A stretch of DNA of 63,786 nt, the filler included, from Nemertoderma westbladi (Eukaryota > Animalia > Xenacoelomorpha), in NCBI GenBank assembly GCA_032718475.1. It is 3 parts of 3 records of this genome, joined end to end, with 100 filler letters (N's around TTAATTAATTAA, not from the genome) between each part and the next. Parts side by side here need not be neighbours in the genome. Positions count along the whole stretch, not along the records: positions 1 to 28,962 come from JAUCBJ010003270.1; 2 more parts are not named here. One strand, 5' to 3'. Positions 11,716 to 24,498 of the stretch are shown piece by piece (position 1 is the stretch's first letter; the number at the start of each line of letters is the position of its first letter). The position numbers and the translations under genes are program-made. The notes beneath the pieces are model-generated. The model made no database searches. It saw only the letters and a program-made list of their open reading frames with translations, and had not been told where the DNA came from.

Positions 11716-12420
11716 GAATACTTTTACAGTAACAAGTCCTAACGAACTTCTAAAAAGACCAACCCTAGAACCAGCCTGTTCTAGTGAGCTGAGGATCCGT
11801 AGGGCTCCCTCTAGAGATTCTGAGAGTTCTTCTAAGTCATCAGCAAAGTCTAGATCAGTAATGTACTTGGGTGGATTTCTTCCACTTCTTGTGCCAGATC
11901 ACCCCATCGTCATTATGATGATCTAAAGACATGTGTAGAACACTGTAAACCACAATTATGAATATGAATGGTGCAAGTTTGTCACCCTGGAGGACTCCCC
12001 ATAACACTTCGAATGGATCTGTGTCACCATCAACAGTAGACACAAATGTTGTCGAACCATCGTATACTGATCTGATTGCTGCAATAATTTCATCAGGAAT
12101 TCCATATAATGAAAGGAAAGTATGCGTATGAAGTATGGGAACATCTCTCAATGTTATATAGTGTCTGATTGGAGATGTGTGCATTGTACTTGACACAGTG
12201 AACCAGGCGTAGCATTCTTGTGAATGTACCATCCAGCGATTTGATGTCCTCAGCAGTTAGAGCCCAGCATGGACTCCCATAGAGTACTGGAACTACTGCT
12301 GCTCTAAATAATCGGACCTTAAGTTTCCCATTAATTCTCGGTGACTTCCAAATCCTGGAAAGCCTATTCAAGACTGCCCATGCCTTTCCCTTACGTATTC
12401 GAAGGTCCTCACCTGACTTA
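11716..12420 (-). mobile_element. RTE family-1 mosaic (two fragments in non-colinear order)
   Basis: 12150-12420 is a C-terminal segment; 11716-12148 is the RT core (YGIPDEII, GVLQGDKLAPFIFIIV). Confidence 0.8.
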
Positions 12421-14102
12421 TCTTATGTACATAGCGGTTTGCGCCGATTCGAGGCACTGCCACTGATTCCAGTTGAGAACCGCTTCATGCAGGACTATTT
12501 TAGGATTAGCTACAAACAAGATCCTTTAAAGTAAGCTGCGATGCCACATGCGTTATCGTATTAGCGGTAGCGGTTGCTCTAATTGTAGCTGTGGCTAAGC
12601 CAGGTCAGGTACTACGGTATAATTCTTTTTAAAGATAGTATTGGCTTGCACACCAGTTCACAGATACACATCGCGATGAGGGGGGAGTAGTATACCTACC
12701 TATAATACTACTAGGGGGCAGATTTGTGTTTAAAATTGGGGTTGAATTTAATATAATTGCTTTGTTATTCAAATACTGTAGTATATTTCTATATTATTAT
12801 TATACCAGCCAATATACCATGTCAATCATAGTAAATATACCTAAATCAGCACTCCATGTAAATAAATACTTGGCACTTCATACAGTAAAATTTATAAATA
12901 CAAATATATCGGTAAAATCAAAACAAATTGTTTTTTTTCGATAAGTATTATGTTGCAGTATCTAAATGCGGTGGGAAAATCTAAAACGAAAGAAATACAT
13001 AGTGACGTCATAGTGACGTAATACTAAGAATTGCATAACGAAAGCTTTTAAGTATTTTCATTCAGCACAATGTAGGGTTATACAAATAAACGTTACGTCA
13101 CTAAATGTGAGATTAAAACCTCCCCAGTTTGTTTTACAAAGACAAATTTTATTTGTATAAGACTTGTTATATAGATATACACTGAGGCACATAATGTCCG
13201 ATTTAATGCAGCGCATAAAATATACTGGACGCAAAACCCGCCTTGGCGAATTAATATCCCGCCTCAATGTTAAATTCTCAATTTAGGGAAAGGAGCAGGT
13301 TACAGTGGCACGATATTTTAACCAAAACAATAAGCTAAACACAATAGAACAGGTTACAGTCTTATTTTTGCTCATAAACAGCTGTTATTTGCGTCCAATT
13401 TCCCCTGGAGAGGGATGAATTTTTATTGAGTCCAGTTCCCCCCCCCCCCCCCCCCCCCCCATCTGAAATAATGTCCGAAAAAATAATTGATAATGACTCG
13501 TGAATATTTTTTTCTGCGTCAATGGTGGGAAGTTAAATATTATATAAAAATTACATACTGATAGTCGATTTTAGTCTCACAAGTAGAAATATGAAACTGA
13601 AAGTAAATAGACTTGAAAAGAAACCGCCCACTGCCCAAAGTCTAAACGCCCAAATTCAAAATAAATCAAGCGAAATAACAATAAAAAAATGATGAGACAT
13701 ATTAATTGCAACATTAACAAGATTAAATACAAAAGATTAATAATAATAATAATAATAATAAATACGAAAAATCAAACACAAATTAACTACATCATTGCTG
13801 TACATTATAGGCTACAGAGACCCAAAATAGGCGAGGTGCACAATATTGAAACATAATTCGTAACTACATTACTGTAAAATTACATCAGGCGTATTTATTC
13901 AAAAAATTCCTCATAAAAAATGCAAAAACAGATAACCAACACTAATTAGTTGTAAAAATTAAATTTGTAATTTTTTATATTTCATAACTCCCGTAATTAA
14001 AACAAATAATTAAGTTAACGAAAACGAGAATGTTAATTTTTTTTATTGTGGTTGTACAGTATTTTTGGCTTTAATCATTTTACATATTAAAAGATACAAA
14101 AT

Positions 14103-15930
14103 AGCACAATAATGGCCAACATTACAGTGTAGTTTAACTACCCAAGTGGAAGCCATTAGTGCTCAATAATGGCCAACATTACAGTGTAGTTTAACCACCC
14201 AAGTGGAAGCCATTAGTGCTCAATAATGGCCAACATTACAGCGTAGTTTAACTACCCAAGTGGAAGCCATTAGTGCTCAATAATGGCCAACATTACAGTG
14301 TAGTTTAACCACCCAAGTGGAAGCCATTAGTGCTCAATAATGGCCAACATTACAGCGTAGTTTAACCAGCCAAGTGGAAGCCATTAGTGCCCAATAATGG
14401 CCAACATTACAGCGTAGTTTAACTACCCAAGTGGAAGCCATTAGTGCTCAATAATGGCCAACATTACAGTGTAGTTTAACCACCCAAGTGGAAGCCATTA
14501 GTGCACAATAATGGCCAACATTACAGTGTAGTTTAACCAGCCAAGTGGAAGCCATTAGTGCTCAATAATGGCCAACATTACAGTGTAGTTTAACCACCCA
14601 AGTGGAAGCCATTAATGCTCAATAATGGCCAACATTACAGTGTAGTTTAACCATCCAAGTGGAAGCCATTAGTGCTCAATAATGGCCAACATTACAGTGT
14701 GGTTTAACTACCCAAGTGGAAGCCATTAGTGCTCAATAATGGCCAACATTACAGTGTGGTTTAACTACCCAAGTGGAAGCCATTAGTGCTCAATAATGGC
14801 CAACATTACAGTGTGGTTTAACTACCCAAGTGGAAGCCATTAGTGCTCAATAATGGCCAACATTACAGTGTAGTTTAACTACCCAAGTGGAAGCCATTAG
14901 TGCTCAATAATGGCCAACATTACAGTGTGGTTTAACTACCCAAGTGGAAGCCATTAGTGCTCAATAATGGCCAACATTACAGCGTAGTTTAACTACCCAA
15001 GTGGAAGCCATTAGTGCTCAATAATGGCCAACATTACAGTGTAGTTTAACTACCCAAGTGGAAGCCATTAGTGCTCAATAATGGCCAACATTACAGTGTA
15101 GTTTAACTACCCAAGTGGAAGCCATTAGTGCTCAATAATGGCCAACATTACAGTGTAGTTTAACTACCCAAGTGGAAGCCATTAGTGCTCAATAATGGCC
15201 AACATTACAGTGTAGTTTAACTACCCAAGTGGAAGCCATTAGTGCTCAATAATGGCCAACATTACAGCGTAGTTTAACTACCCAAGTGGAAGCCATTAGT
15301 GCTCAATAATGGCCAACATTACAGTGTAGTTTAACTACCCAAGTGGAAGCCATTAGTGCTCAATAATGGCCAACATTACAGTGTAGTTTAACTACCCAAG
15401 TGGAAGTCATTAATGCTCAATAATGGCCAACATTACAGTGTAGTTTAACCACCCAAGTGGAAGCCATTAGTGCTCAATAATGGCCAACATTACAGTGTAG
15501 TTTAACTAACCAAGTGGAAGCCATTAGTGCACAATAATGGCCAACATTACAGTGTAGTTTAACCACCCAAGTGGAAGCCATTAGTGCTCAATAATGGCCA
15601 ACATTACAGTGTAGTTTAACTAACCAAGTGGAAGCCATTAGTGCACAATAATGGCCAACATTACAGTGTAGTTTAACTACCCAAGTGGAAGCCATTAGTG
15701 CACAATAATGGCCAACATTACAGTGTAGTTTAACCACCCAAGTGGAAGCCATTAGTGCACAATAATGGCCAACATTACAGTGTAGTTTAACTAACCAAGT
15801 GGAAGCCATTAGTGCACAATAATGGCCAACATTACAGTGTAGTTTAACCACCCAAGTGGAAGCCATTAGTGCTCAATAATTGCCAACATTACAGTGTAGT
15901 TTAACTACCCAAGTGGAAGCCATTAATGCT
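14103..15930. repeat. 57-bp tandem satellite, ~32 copies
   Basis: Unit CAATAATGGCCAACATTACAGTGTAGTTTAACTACCCAAGTGGAAGCCATTAGTGCT, with no obvious indels. Confidence 0.97.
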
Positions 15931-17032
15931 TGCAGTTCCAATAATTGAATTGACTGCAATAATAAATTAAATTAATCCTAATGTTGTAAAAAGATATCTC
16001 AATCACAATCCAATGATAGGCACTATATAAATAATAAAGTATCTTACAAAGTTCAATATAATATAAATAAATCAATATCATATATTATTAATTCTTAAAT
16101 GATTACATTTTTTATTTTCAATATTTCCTTACTGATAGAGCAATCAAAAAGGACTGAATTTTCAATAGTTAAAATTTACTACATAAATTCCAATAGAATT
16201 GAGTCTCACAGCTACGAGAGAGCAGATAGGTGAACCGTAGCTATAGCAACTGGAGAGGTTTATTTTACGTGTTTATTCACAAGATAAATATTGTTGGTGT
16301 GTTTAAATAAAGTTGACAAAATAAATCAATCTGATATATTAAATATAAAAAAATTTAATCATTTACGAATAAATTATGTAATGCATACGAAAAAATAGAA
16401 TTCCTCCCCTATGGATTACATTGTAAATAATATCAACTCCAAATAAAGCACAAACAATCAACCCACCGATCTTCAACAGGATGTCTGTGAACCAAGAAGC
16501 GTCTGTTCAACTTCTACCTCAGTATAGCCGATGGAGACAAACAGCTACCCATACAGATGGGAAGAGAGATAGTCTATACGCGTGATAATCATCATTTTGT
16601 AATAAATTTTAATATATATCATTAATGTTCCTTTATAATTTTGCTCCGTAACTTTCTAAATACGCGGTCGTTTCAAATACCGATATTGAAAATAAATTTT
16701 TTTAACATTTGGATTTTTATATCGCTTAACAGTTAGATCAAGCAAAATGAATCATTAATTTCAAATATTCGGATTCAGTGGAAAAATTTTTAAAATACAC
16801 TCAATTACAAATTGTATAAAAAAATATGATGAATACATTTCTCCATTAATATTCTTTTTCATTTATTGTCGGACACTTTGCTGATATCTCTTTAACCAAC
16901 TATATGGAAGTCTGTCAGTTCCCATCTGGGTCAACTTGAGGTAAATAAACGGTTAATCCCAGAGTAGAATCAAACCATCAATATATTCATTCAAATTAAT
17001 CAAGTTTTAGTTGACTTTATTTCGCAACAGTT

Positions 17033-20000
17033 GGGGAGAGACATCCTAACCGCTGGCACCCAGGGATCTCTCTGTTCGGGATAGACAGTCTAACTGCTGG
17101 GACACAGGGATCTCTGTTCAGTGGTAGACAGTCTAACTGCTGGGACACATGGATCTCTGTTCGGGATAGACAGTCTAACTGCTGGGACACAGGGATCTCT
17201 GTTCAGTGATAGACAGTCTAACTGCTGGGACACATGGATATCTGTTTAGGGACAGAGTCTAACTGCTGGGACACAGAGATCTCTCTGTTCGGGACAGACA
17301 GTCTAACTGCTGGGACACAGGGATCTCTGTTCAGTGATAGACAGTCTAACTGCTGGGACACATGGATATCTGTTTAGGGACAGAGTCTAACTGCTGGGAC
17401 ACAGAGATCTCTCTGTTCGGGATAGACAGTCTAACTGCTGGGACACAGGGATCTCTGTTCAGGGACAGACAGTCTAACTGCTGGGACACATGGATATCTG
17501 TTTAGGGACAGAGTCTAACTGCTGGGACACAGAGATCTCTCTGTTCGGGATAGACAGTCTAACTGCTGGGACACAGGGATCTCTGTTCAGTGATAGACAG
17601 TCTAACTGCTGGGACACAGGGATCTCTGTTCAGGGACAGACAGTCTAACTGCTGGGACACAGAGATCTCTCTGTTTGGGATAGACAGTCTAACTGCTGGG
17701 ACACAGGGATCTCTGTTCAGTGATAGACAGTCTAACTGCTGGGACACAGGGATCTCTGTTCAGTGATAGACAGTCTAACTGCTGGGACACAGGGGTCTCT
17801 GTTCAGGGACAGACAGTCTAACTGCTGGGACACAGAGATCTCTCTGTTCGGGATAGACAGTCTAACTGCTGGGACACAGGGATCTCTGTTCAGTGATAGA
17901 CAGTCTAACTGCTGGGACACAGGGATCTCTGTTCAGGGACAGACAGTCTAACTGCTGGGACACAGAGATCTCTCTGTTCGGGATAGACAGTCTAACTGCT
18001 GGGACACCGGGATCTCTGTTCAGTGATAGACAGTCTAACTGCTGGGACACAGGAATCTCTGTTCAGGGACAGACAGTCTAACTGCTGGGACACAGAGATC
18101 TCTCTGTTCGGGATAGACAGTCTAACTGCTGGGACACAGGGATCTCTGTTCAGTGATAGACAGTCTAACTGCTGGGACACATGGATATCTGTTTAGGGAC
18201 AGAGTCTAACTGCTGGGACACAGAGATCTCTCTGTTCGGGATAGACAGTCTAACTGCTGGGACACAGGGATCTCTGTTCAGGGACAGACAGTCTAACTGC
18301 TGGGACACATGGATATCTGTTTAGGGACAGAGTCTAACTGCTGGGACACAGAGATCTCTCTGTTCGGGATAGACAGTCTAACTGCTGGGACACAGGGATC
18401 TCTGTTCAGTGATAGACAGTCTAACTGCTGGGACACAGGGATCTCTGTTCAGGGACAGACAGTCTAACTGCTGGGACACAGGGATCTCTGTTCAGGGACA
18501 GACAGTTTAACTGCTGGGACACAGGGATCTCTGTTCGGGATAGACAGTCTAACTGGTGGGACACAGAGATCTATGTTCAGGGACAGACAGACTAACTACT
18601 GGCACACAGGGATCGCTGTTCAGGGACATACAATCTAACTGCTGGGACACAGGGATCTCTGTTCAGGGACAGACCGTCTAACTGCTGGGACACAGAGATC
18701 TCTGTTCAGAGACAGACAGTTTAACTGCTGGGACACAGGGATCTCTGTTCGGGATAGACCGTCTAACTGCTGGGACACAGAGATCTCTGTTCGGGACAGA
18801 CAGTCTAACTGCTGGGACACAGGGATCTCTGTTCAGGGACAGACAGTCTAACTGCTGGGACACAGGGATCTCTGTTCAGGGACAGACAGTCAAACTACTG
18901 GCACACAGGGATCGCTGTTCAGGGACAGACAGTCTAACTGCTGGTACACAGGGATCTCTGTTCAGGGACAGACAGTCTAACTGGTGGGACACAGGGATCT
19001 CTGTTCAGTGACAGACAGTCTAACTGCTGGGACACAGGGATCGCTGTTCAGGGACAGACAGTCTAACTGCTGGGACACAGGGATCTCTGTTCAGGGACAG
19101 ACAGTCTAACTGGTGGGACACTGGGATCTCTGTTCAGTGACAGACAGTCTAACTGCTGGGACACAGGGATCTCTGTTCAGGATAGACAGTCTAACTGGTG
19201 GGACACAGGGATCACTGTTCAGGGACAGACAATCTAACTGCTGGGACTCATGGATCGCTGTTCAGGGACAGACAATCTAACTGCTGGGACACAGAGATCT
19301 CTGTTCAGGGACAGACAGTCTAACTGCTGGGACACAGGGATCTCTGTTCAGGGACAGACAGTCTAACTGCTGGGACTCAGGGCTCGCTGTTCAGGGACAG
19401 ACAATCTAACTGCTGGGACACAGAGATCTCTGTTCAGGGACAGACAGTCTAACTGCTGGGACACAGGGATCTCTGTTCAGGGACAGACAGTCTAACTGCT
19501 GGGACACAGGGATCTCTGTTCAGGGACAGACAGTCTAACTGCTGGGACACAGGGATCTCTGTTCAGGGACAGACAGTCTAACTGCTGGGACACAGGGATC
19601 TCTGTTCAGGGACAGACAGTCTAACTGCTGGGACACAGGGATCTCTGTTCAGGGACAGACAGTCTAACTGCTGGGTCACAGGGATCTCTGTTCAGGGACA
19701 GACCGTCTAACTGCTGGGACACAGGGACATCTGTTCAGGGACAGACAGTCTAACTGCTGGGACACAGGGATCTCTGTTCAGGGACAGACAGTCTAACTGC
19801 TGGGACACAGGGATCTCTGTTCAGGGACAGACAGTCTAACTGCTGGGACACAGGGATCTCTGTTCAGGGACAGACAGTCTAACTGCTGGGTCACAGGGAT
19901 CTCTGTTCAGGGACAGACCGTCTAACTGCTGGGACACAGGGATATCTGTTCAGGGACAGACAGTCTAACTGCTGGGTCACAGGGATCTCTGTTCAGGGAC

Positions 20001-23000
20001 AGACAGTCTAACTGCTGGGACACAGGGATCTCTGTTCAGGGACAGACAGTCTAACTGCTGGGACACAGGGATCTCTGTTCAGGGACAGACAGTCTAACTG
20101 CTGGGACACAGGGATCTCTGTTCAGGGACAGACAGTCTAACTGCTGGGTCACAGGGATCTCTGTTCAGGGACAGACAGTCTAACTGCTGGGACACAGGGA
20201 TGTCTGTTCAGGGACAGACAGTCTAACTGCTGGGACACAGGGATCTCTGTTCAGGGACAGACAGTCTAACTGCTGGGACACAGGGATCTCTGTTCAGGGA
20301 CAGACAGTCTAATTGCTGGGTCACAGGGATCTCTGTTCAGGGACAGACCGTCTAACTGCTGGGAAACAGGGATATCTGTTCAGGGACAGACAGTCTATTT
20401 CTGTTCAGGGACAGACAGTCTAACTGCTGGGACACAGGGATCTCTGTTCAGGGACAGACAGTCTAACTGCTGGGACACAGGGATCTCTGTTCAGGGACAG
20501 ACAGTCTAACTGCTGGGACACAGGGATCTCTGTTCAGGGACAGACAGACTAACTGCTGGGACACAGGGATCTCTGTTCAGGGACAGACAGTCTAACTGCT
20601 GGTACACAGGGATCTCTGTTCAGGGAAAGACAGTCTAACTGCTGGGCCACAGGGATCTCTGTTCAGGGACAGACAGTCTAACTGCTGGGACATAGGGATC
20701 TCTGTTCGGGTCAGACAGTCTAACTGCTGGGACACAGGGATCTCTGTTCAGGGACAGACAGTCTAACTGCTGGGACACAGGGATCTCTGTTCGGGTCAGA
20801 CAGTCTAACTGCTGGGACACAGGGATCTCTGTTCAGGGACAGACAGTCTAACTGGTGGGACACAGAGATCTCTGTTCAGGGACAGACAGTCTAACTGCTG
20901 GGACACAGGGATCTCTGTTCAGGGACAGACCGTCTAACTGCTGGGACACAGGGATCTCTGTTCGGGTCAGAGTCTAACTGCTGGGACACAGGGATCTCTG
21001 TTCAGGGACAGACAGTCTAACTGCTGGGACATAGGGATCTCTGTTCGGGTCAGACAGTCTAACTGCTGGGACACAGGGATCTCTGTTCAGGGACAGACAG
21101 TCTAACTGCTGGGACACAGGGATCTCTGTTCAGGGACAGACAGTCTAACTGCTGGGACACAGGGATCTCTGTTCAGGGACAGACAGTCTAATTGCTGGGT
21201 CACAGGGATCTCTGTTCAGGGACAGACAGTCTAACTGCTGGGACACAGGGATCTCTGTTCAGGGACAGACAGTCTAACTGCTGGGACACAGGGATCTCTG
21301 TTCAGGGACAGACCGTCTAACTGCTGGGACACAGGGATATCTGTTCAGGGACAGACAGTCTATTTCTGTTCAGGGACAGACAGTCTAACTGCTGGGACAC
21401 AGGGATCTCTGTTCAGGGACAGACAGTCTAATTGCTGGGACACAGGGATCTCTGTTCAGGGACAGACAGTCTAACTGCTGGGACACAGGGATCTCTGTTC
21501 AGGGACAGACAGACTAACTGCTGGGACACAGGGATCTCTGTTCAGGGACAGACAGTCTAACTGCTGGTACACAGGGATCTCTGTTCAGGGAAAGACAGTC
21601 TAACTGCTGGGCCACAGGGATCTCTGTTCAGGGACAGACAGTCTAACTGCTGGGACATAGGGATCTCTGTTCGGGTCAGACAGTCTAACTGCTGGGACAC
21701 AGGGATCTCTGTTCAGGGACAGACAGTCTAACTGCTGGGACACAGGGATCTCTGTTCGGGTCAGACAGGCTAACTGCTGGGACACAGGGATCTCTGTTCA
21801 GGGACAGACAGTCTAACTGGTGGGACACAGAGATCTCTGTTCAGGGACAGACAGTCTAACTGCTGGGACACAGGGATCTCTGTTCAGGGACAGACCGTCT
21901 AACTGCTGGGACACAGGGATCTCTGTTCGGGTCAGAGTCTAACTGCTGGGACACAGGGATCTCTGTTCAGGGACAGACAGTCTAACTGCTGGGACATAGG
22001 GATCTCTGTTCGGGTCAGACAGTCTAACTGCTGGGACACAGGGATCTCTGTTCAGGGACAGACAGTCTAACTGCTGGGACACAGGGATCTCTGTTCGGGT
22101 CAGACAGTCTAACTGCTGGGACACAGGGATCTCTGTTCAGGGACAGACAGTCTAACTGGTGGGACACAGAGATCTCTGTTCAGGGACAGACAGTCTAACT
22201 GCTGGGACACAGGGATCTCTGTTCAGGGACAGACAGTCTAACTGCTGGGACACAGGGATCTCTGTTCAGGGACAGAGTCTAACTGCTGGGACACGGAAAT
22301 CTCTGTTCAGGGACAGACAGTCTAACTGCTGGGACACATGGATATCTGTTTAGGGACAGACGTCTAACTGCTGGGACACAGAGATCTCTGTTCAGGGACA
22401 GACAGTGTAACTGCTGGGACACAGGGATCTCTGTTCGGGGACAGAGTCTAACTGGTGGGACACAGAGATCTTTGTTCAGGGACAGACAGTCTAACTGCTG
22501 GGACACAGGGATCTCTGTTCAGGGACAGACAGTCTAACTGCTGGGACACAGGGATCTCTGTTCAGGGACAGACAGTCTAACTGCTGGGACACAGGGATCT
22601 CTGTTCAGGGACAGACAGTTTAACTGGTGGGACACAGAGATCTCTGTTCAGGGACAGACAGTCTAACTGCTGGGACACAGGGATCTCTGTTCAGGGACAG
22701 AGTCTAACTGCTGGGACACAGAGATCTTTGTTCAGGGACAGACAGTCTAACTGCTGGGACACAGGGATCTCTGTTCAGGGACAGACAGTCTAACTGGTGG
22801 GACACATAGATCTCTGTTCAGGGACAGACAGTCTAACTGCTGGGACACAGGGATCTCTGTTCAGGGACAGACAGTCTAACTGGTGGGACACAGAGATCTC
22901 TGTTCAGGGACAGACAGTCTAATTGCTGGGACACAGGGATCTCTGTTCAGGGACAGCAGTCTAACTGCTGGGACAGAGATCTCTGTTCAGGGACAGACAG

Positions 23001-23076
23001 TCTAACTGCTGGGACACATGGATATCTGTTTAGGGACAGACCGTCTAACTGCTGGGACACAGGGATCTTTGTTCAG
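17033..23076. repeat. 43-bp tandem satellite, ~140 copies, overlapping the unc-13 stop codon
   Basis: Unit CTAACTGCTGGGACACAGGGATCTCTGTTCAGGGACAGACAGT, with 41-44 bp variants. Confidence 0.97.
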
Positions 23077-23330
23077 ATTTCAACCTGACGTATTCCTTGG
23101 CAACATCATCACTAGTTCTGTGACAGAGAATCCGCAGTATGGTCCATCCCGTGTCGTCTATCTGCAACAGTCTACCGAGGGCCAACCAACACGCTTGGCT
23201 TCCCTTGCCAACTATCTCCTTGACTTGCATCAATGCCATCCCTATCAGATGGTCTGTCCGTCCGAAACAATAGTCTTTGCAGCAGAAGTGGATCTCGTAG
23301 GAACTCAAATCGTTATCATTGCCAAGGAGA
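23045..23330 (-). CDS. unc-13: unc-13/Munc13 last coding exon (end of C2C domain)
   Basis: LLGNDNDLSSYEIHFCCKDYCFGRTD..DDTGWTILRIL..DDVAKEYVRLKSEQRSLCPSS*. Acceptor TTTTAG; phase matches the previous exon. Confidence 0.93.
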
Positions 23331-24311
23331 CTAAAATGAAATATGATATATCAGATTTTTTAAATATTTAAAATATTTATTTTACTAAATTATACTGGAT
23401 TCTCTAGGATACAGGGCTCGAGTATTTGCAAGAGGTTTAATTTGTAAGAATACACTGTATTTGTTTGTCATTTTACACAAAACGACTATTATCTTCTATT
23501 ATTCAGTTTTGATTCGACAGTAAAAATATGTTGACCAAAAATTACTTTTGGGTCATTCTGCGTAAAAGTGGCCAAAAAGAGTTTCAAATTTACTAAATGT
23601 TACAGATGTGACACAAAAATTGTAAAATCCAGAACCCTATGTGTCTGAGCAGATTTTAATTTTTTGTACGTAAGCTGAGGGAATAAATAACCTACAAAAT
23701 AATAAGTATTTATTGTATTAATTATTATTATAATTATAATAGACTAATAAATTAAATTCGAAAAATAAAATGTTATTCCTGGGCTTCTTTTAAAGCAAAA
23801 TAACCCTAATTTATATGACATAAAAAACATATCTTAGTGAGTGTCTTAATCAGATGTTAAAACATATGTGGACCAAAATAAGTGGTTTCAAAGTGGAACC
23901 GAAGACGTATGAATAGCATTATATCCACCATAGTGGGGGAAGCGACCTGAAGTTGCACTCGGAATATATAAATACGCCTACATACCCACCTGGGAATCAG
24001 TAGTCTGGCAACCAGATATATAATAGTAGAATATTGACAAAAAATGAAAAATTTCACTTTTAATAATAAGGTATCCTGTTTTATTGACGTTCTTTTATTT
24101 TCTTTGGTTAGAATAACGTGCCACTGTAACACGCCCCCCTTAAATGATAATTTAACAATGAGACGAGATATTAATTAACCGGAAAGGGATTTGCGTGAAG
24201 TTCCTCTTCCCATCTCCAGCCACAAAGTTATATATTACTTGAGTATGTTGTAACAAGTGGAGTAAAAAAATTATTCAATTCATCCACCCTAAATAATATA
24301 AACCAACTCAC

Positions 24312-24471
24312 AATGTAAAGGTTTCATTAAATTTTGGCGACCAGTTATTATTTTTGGATGAGGTAGCGAACTTTCGTTTTTTGTTGTGGATGTGAGGCCC
24401 GATAACGTAAACCTCAACGAATGGTCGGAAGATGGCAGTGGTCGTCCATTTCAGATCGTTGGCGGCGACAA
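24312..24471 (-). CDS. unc-13: unc-13/Munc13 penultimate exon (C2C domain); missed by the ORF track
   Basis: [53 protein letters not shown]. Acceptor TTCTAG, donor GTGAGT. Confidence 0.93.
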
Positions 24472-24498
24472 CTAGAAGCAAAATAAAAGTCTTAATAA

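Noticed and set aside
14103-15930. 19-aa repeat ORF (MASTWVVKLHCNVGHYCAL) with TGT/TGA alternation suggesting a selenoprotein
   Set aside because: It is a by-product of a 57-bp unit. There is no unique N- or C-terminus, splice context or recognisable SECIS, and TGA is the majority state.
17559-22506. Many short ORFs in the 43-bp array
   Set aside because: They are translations of satellite units. Only the copy at 23045-23076 is in frame with unc-13.
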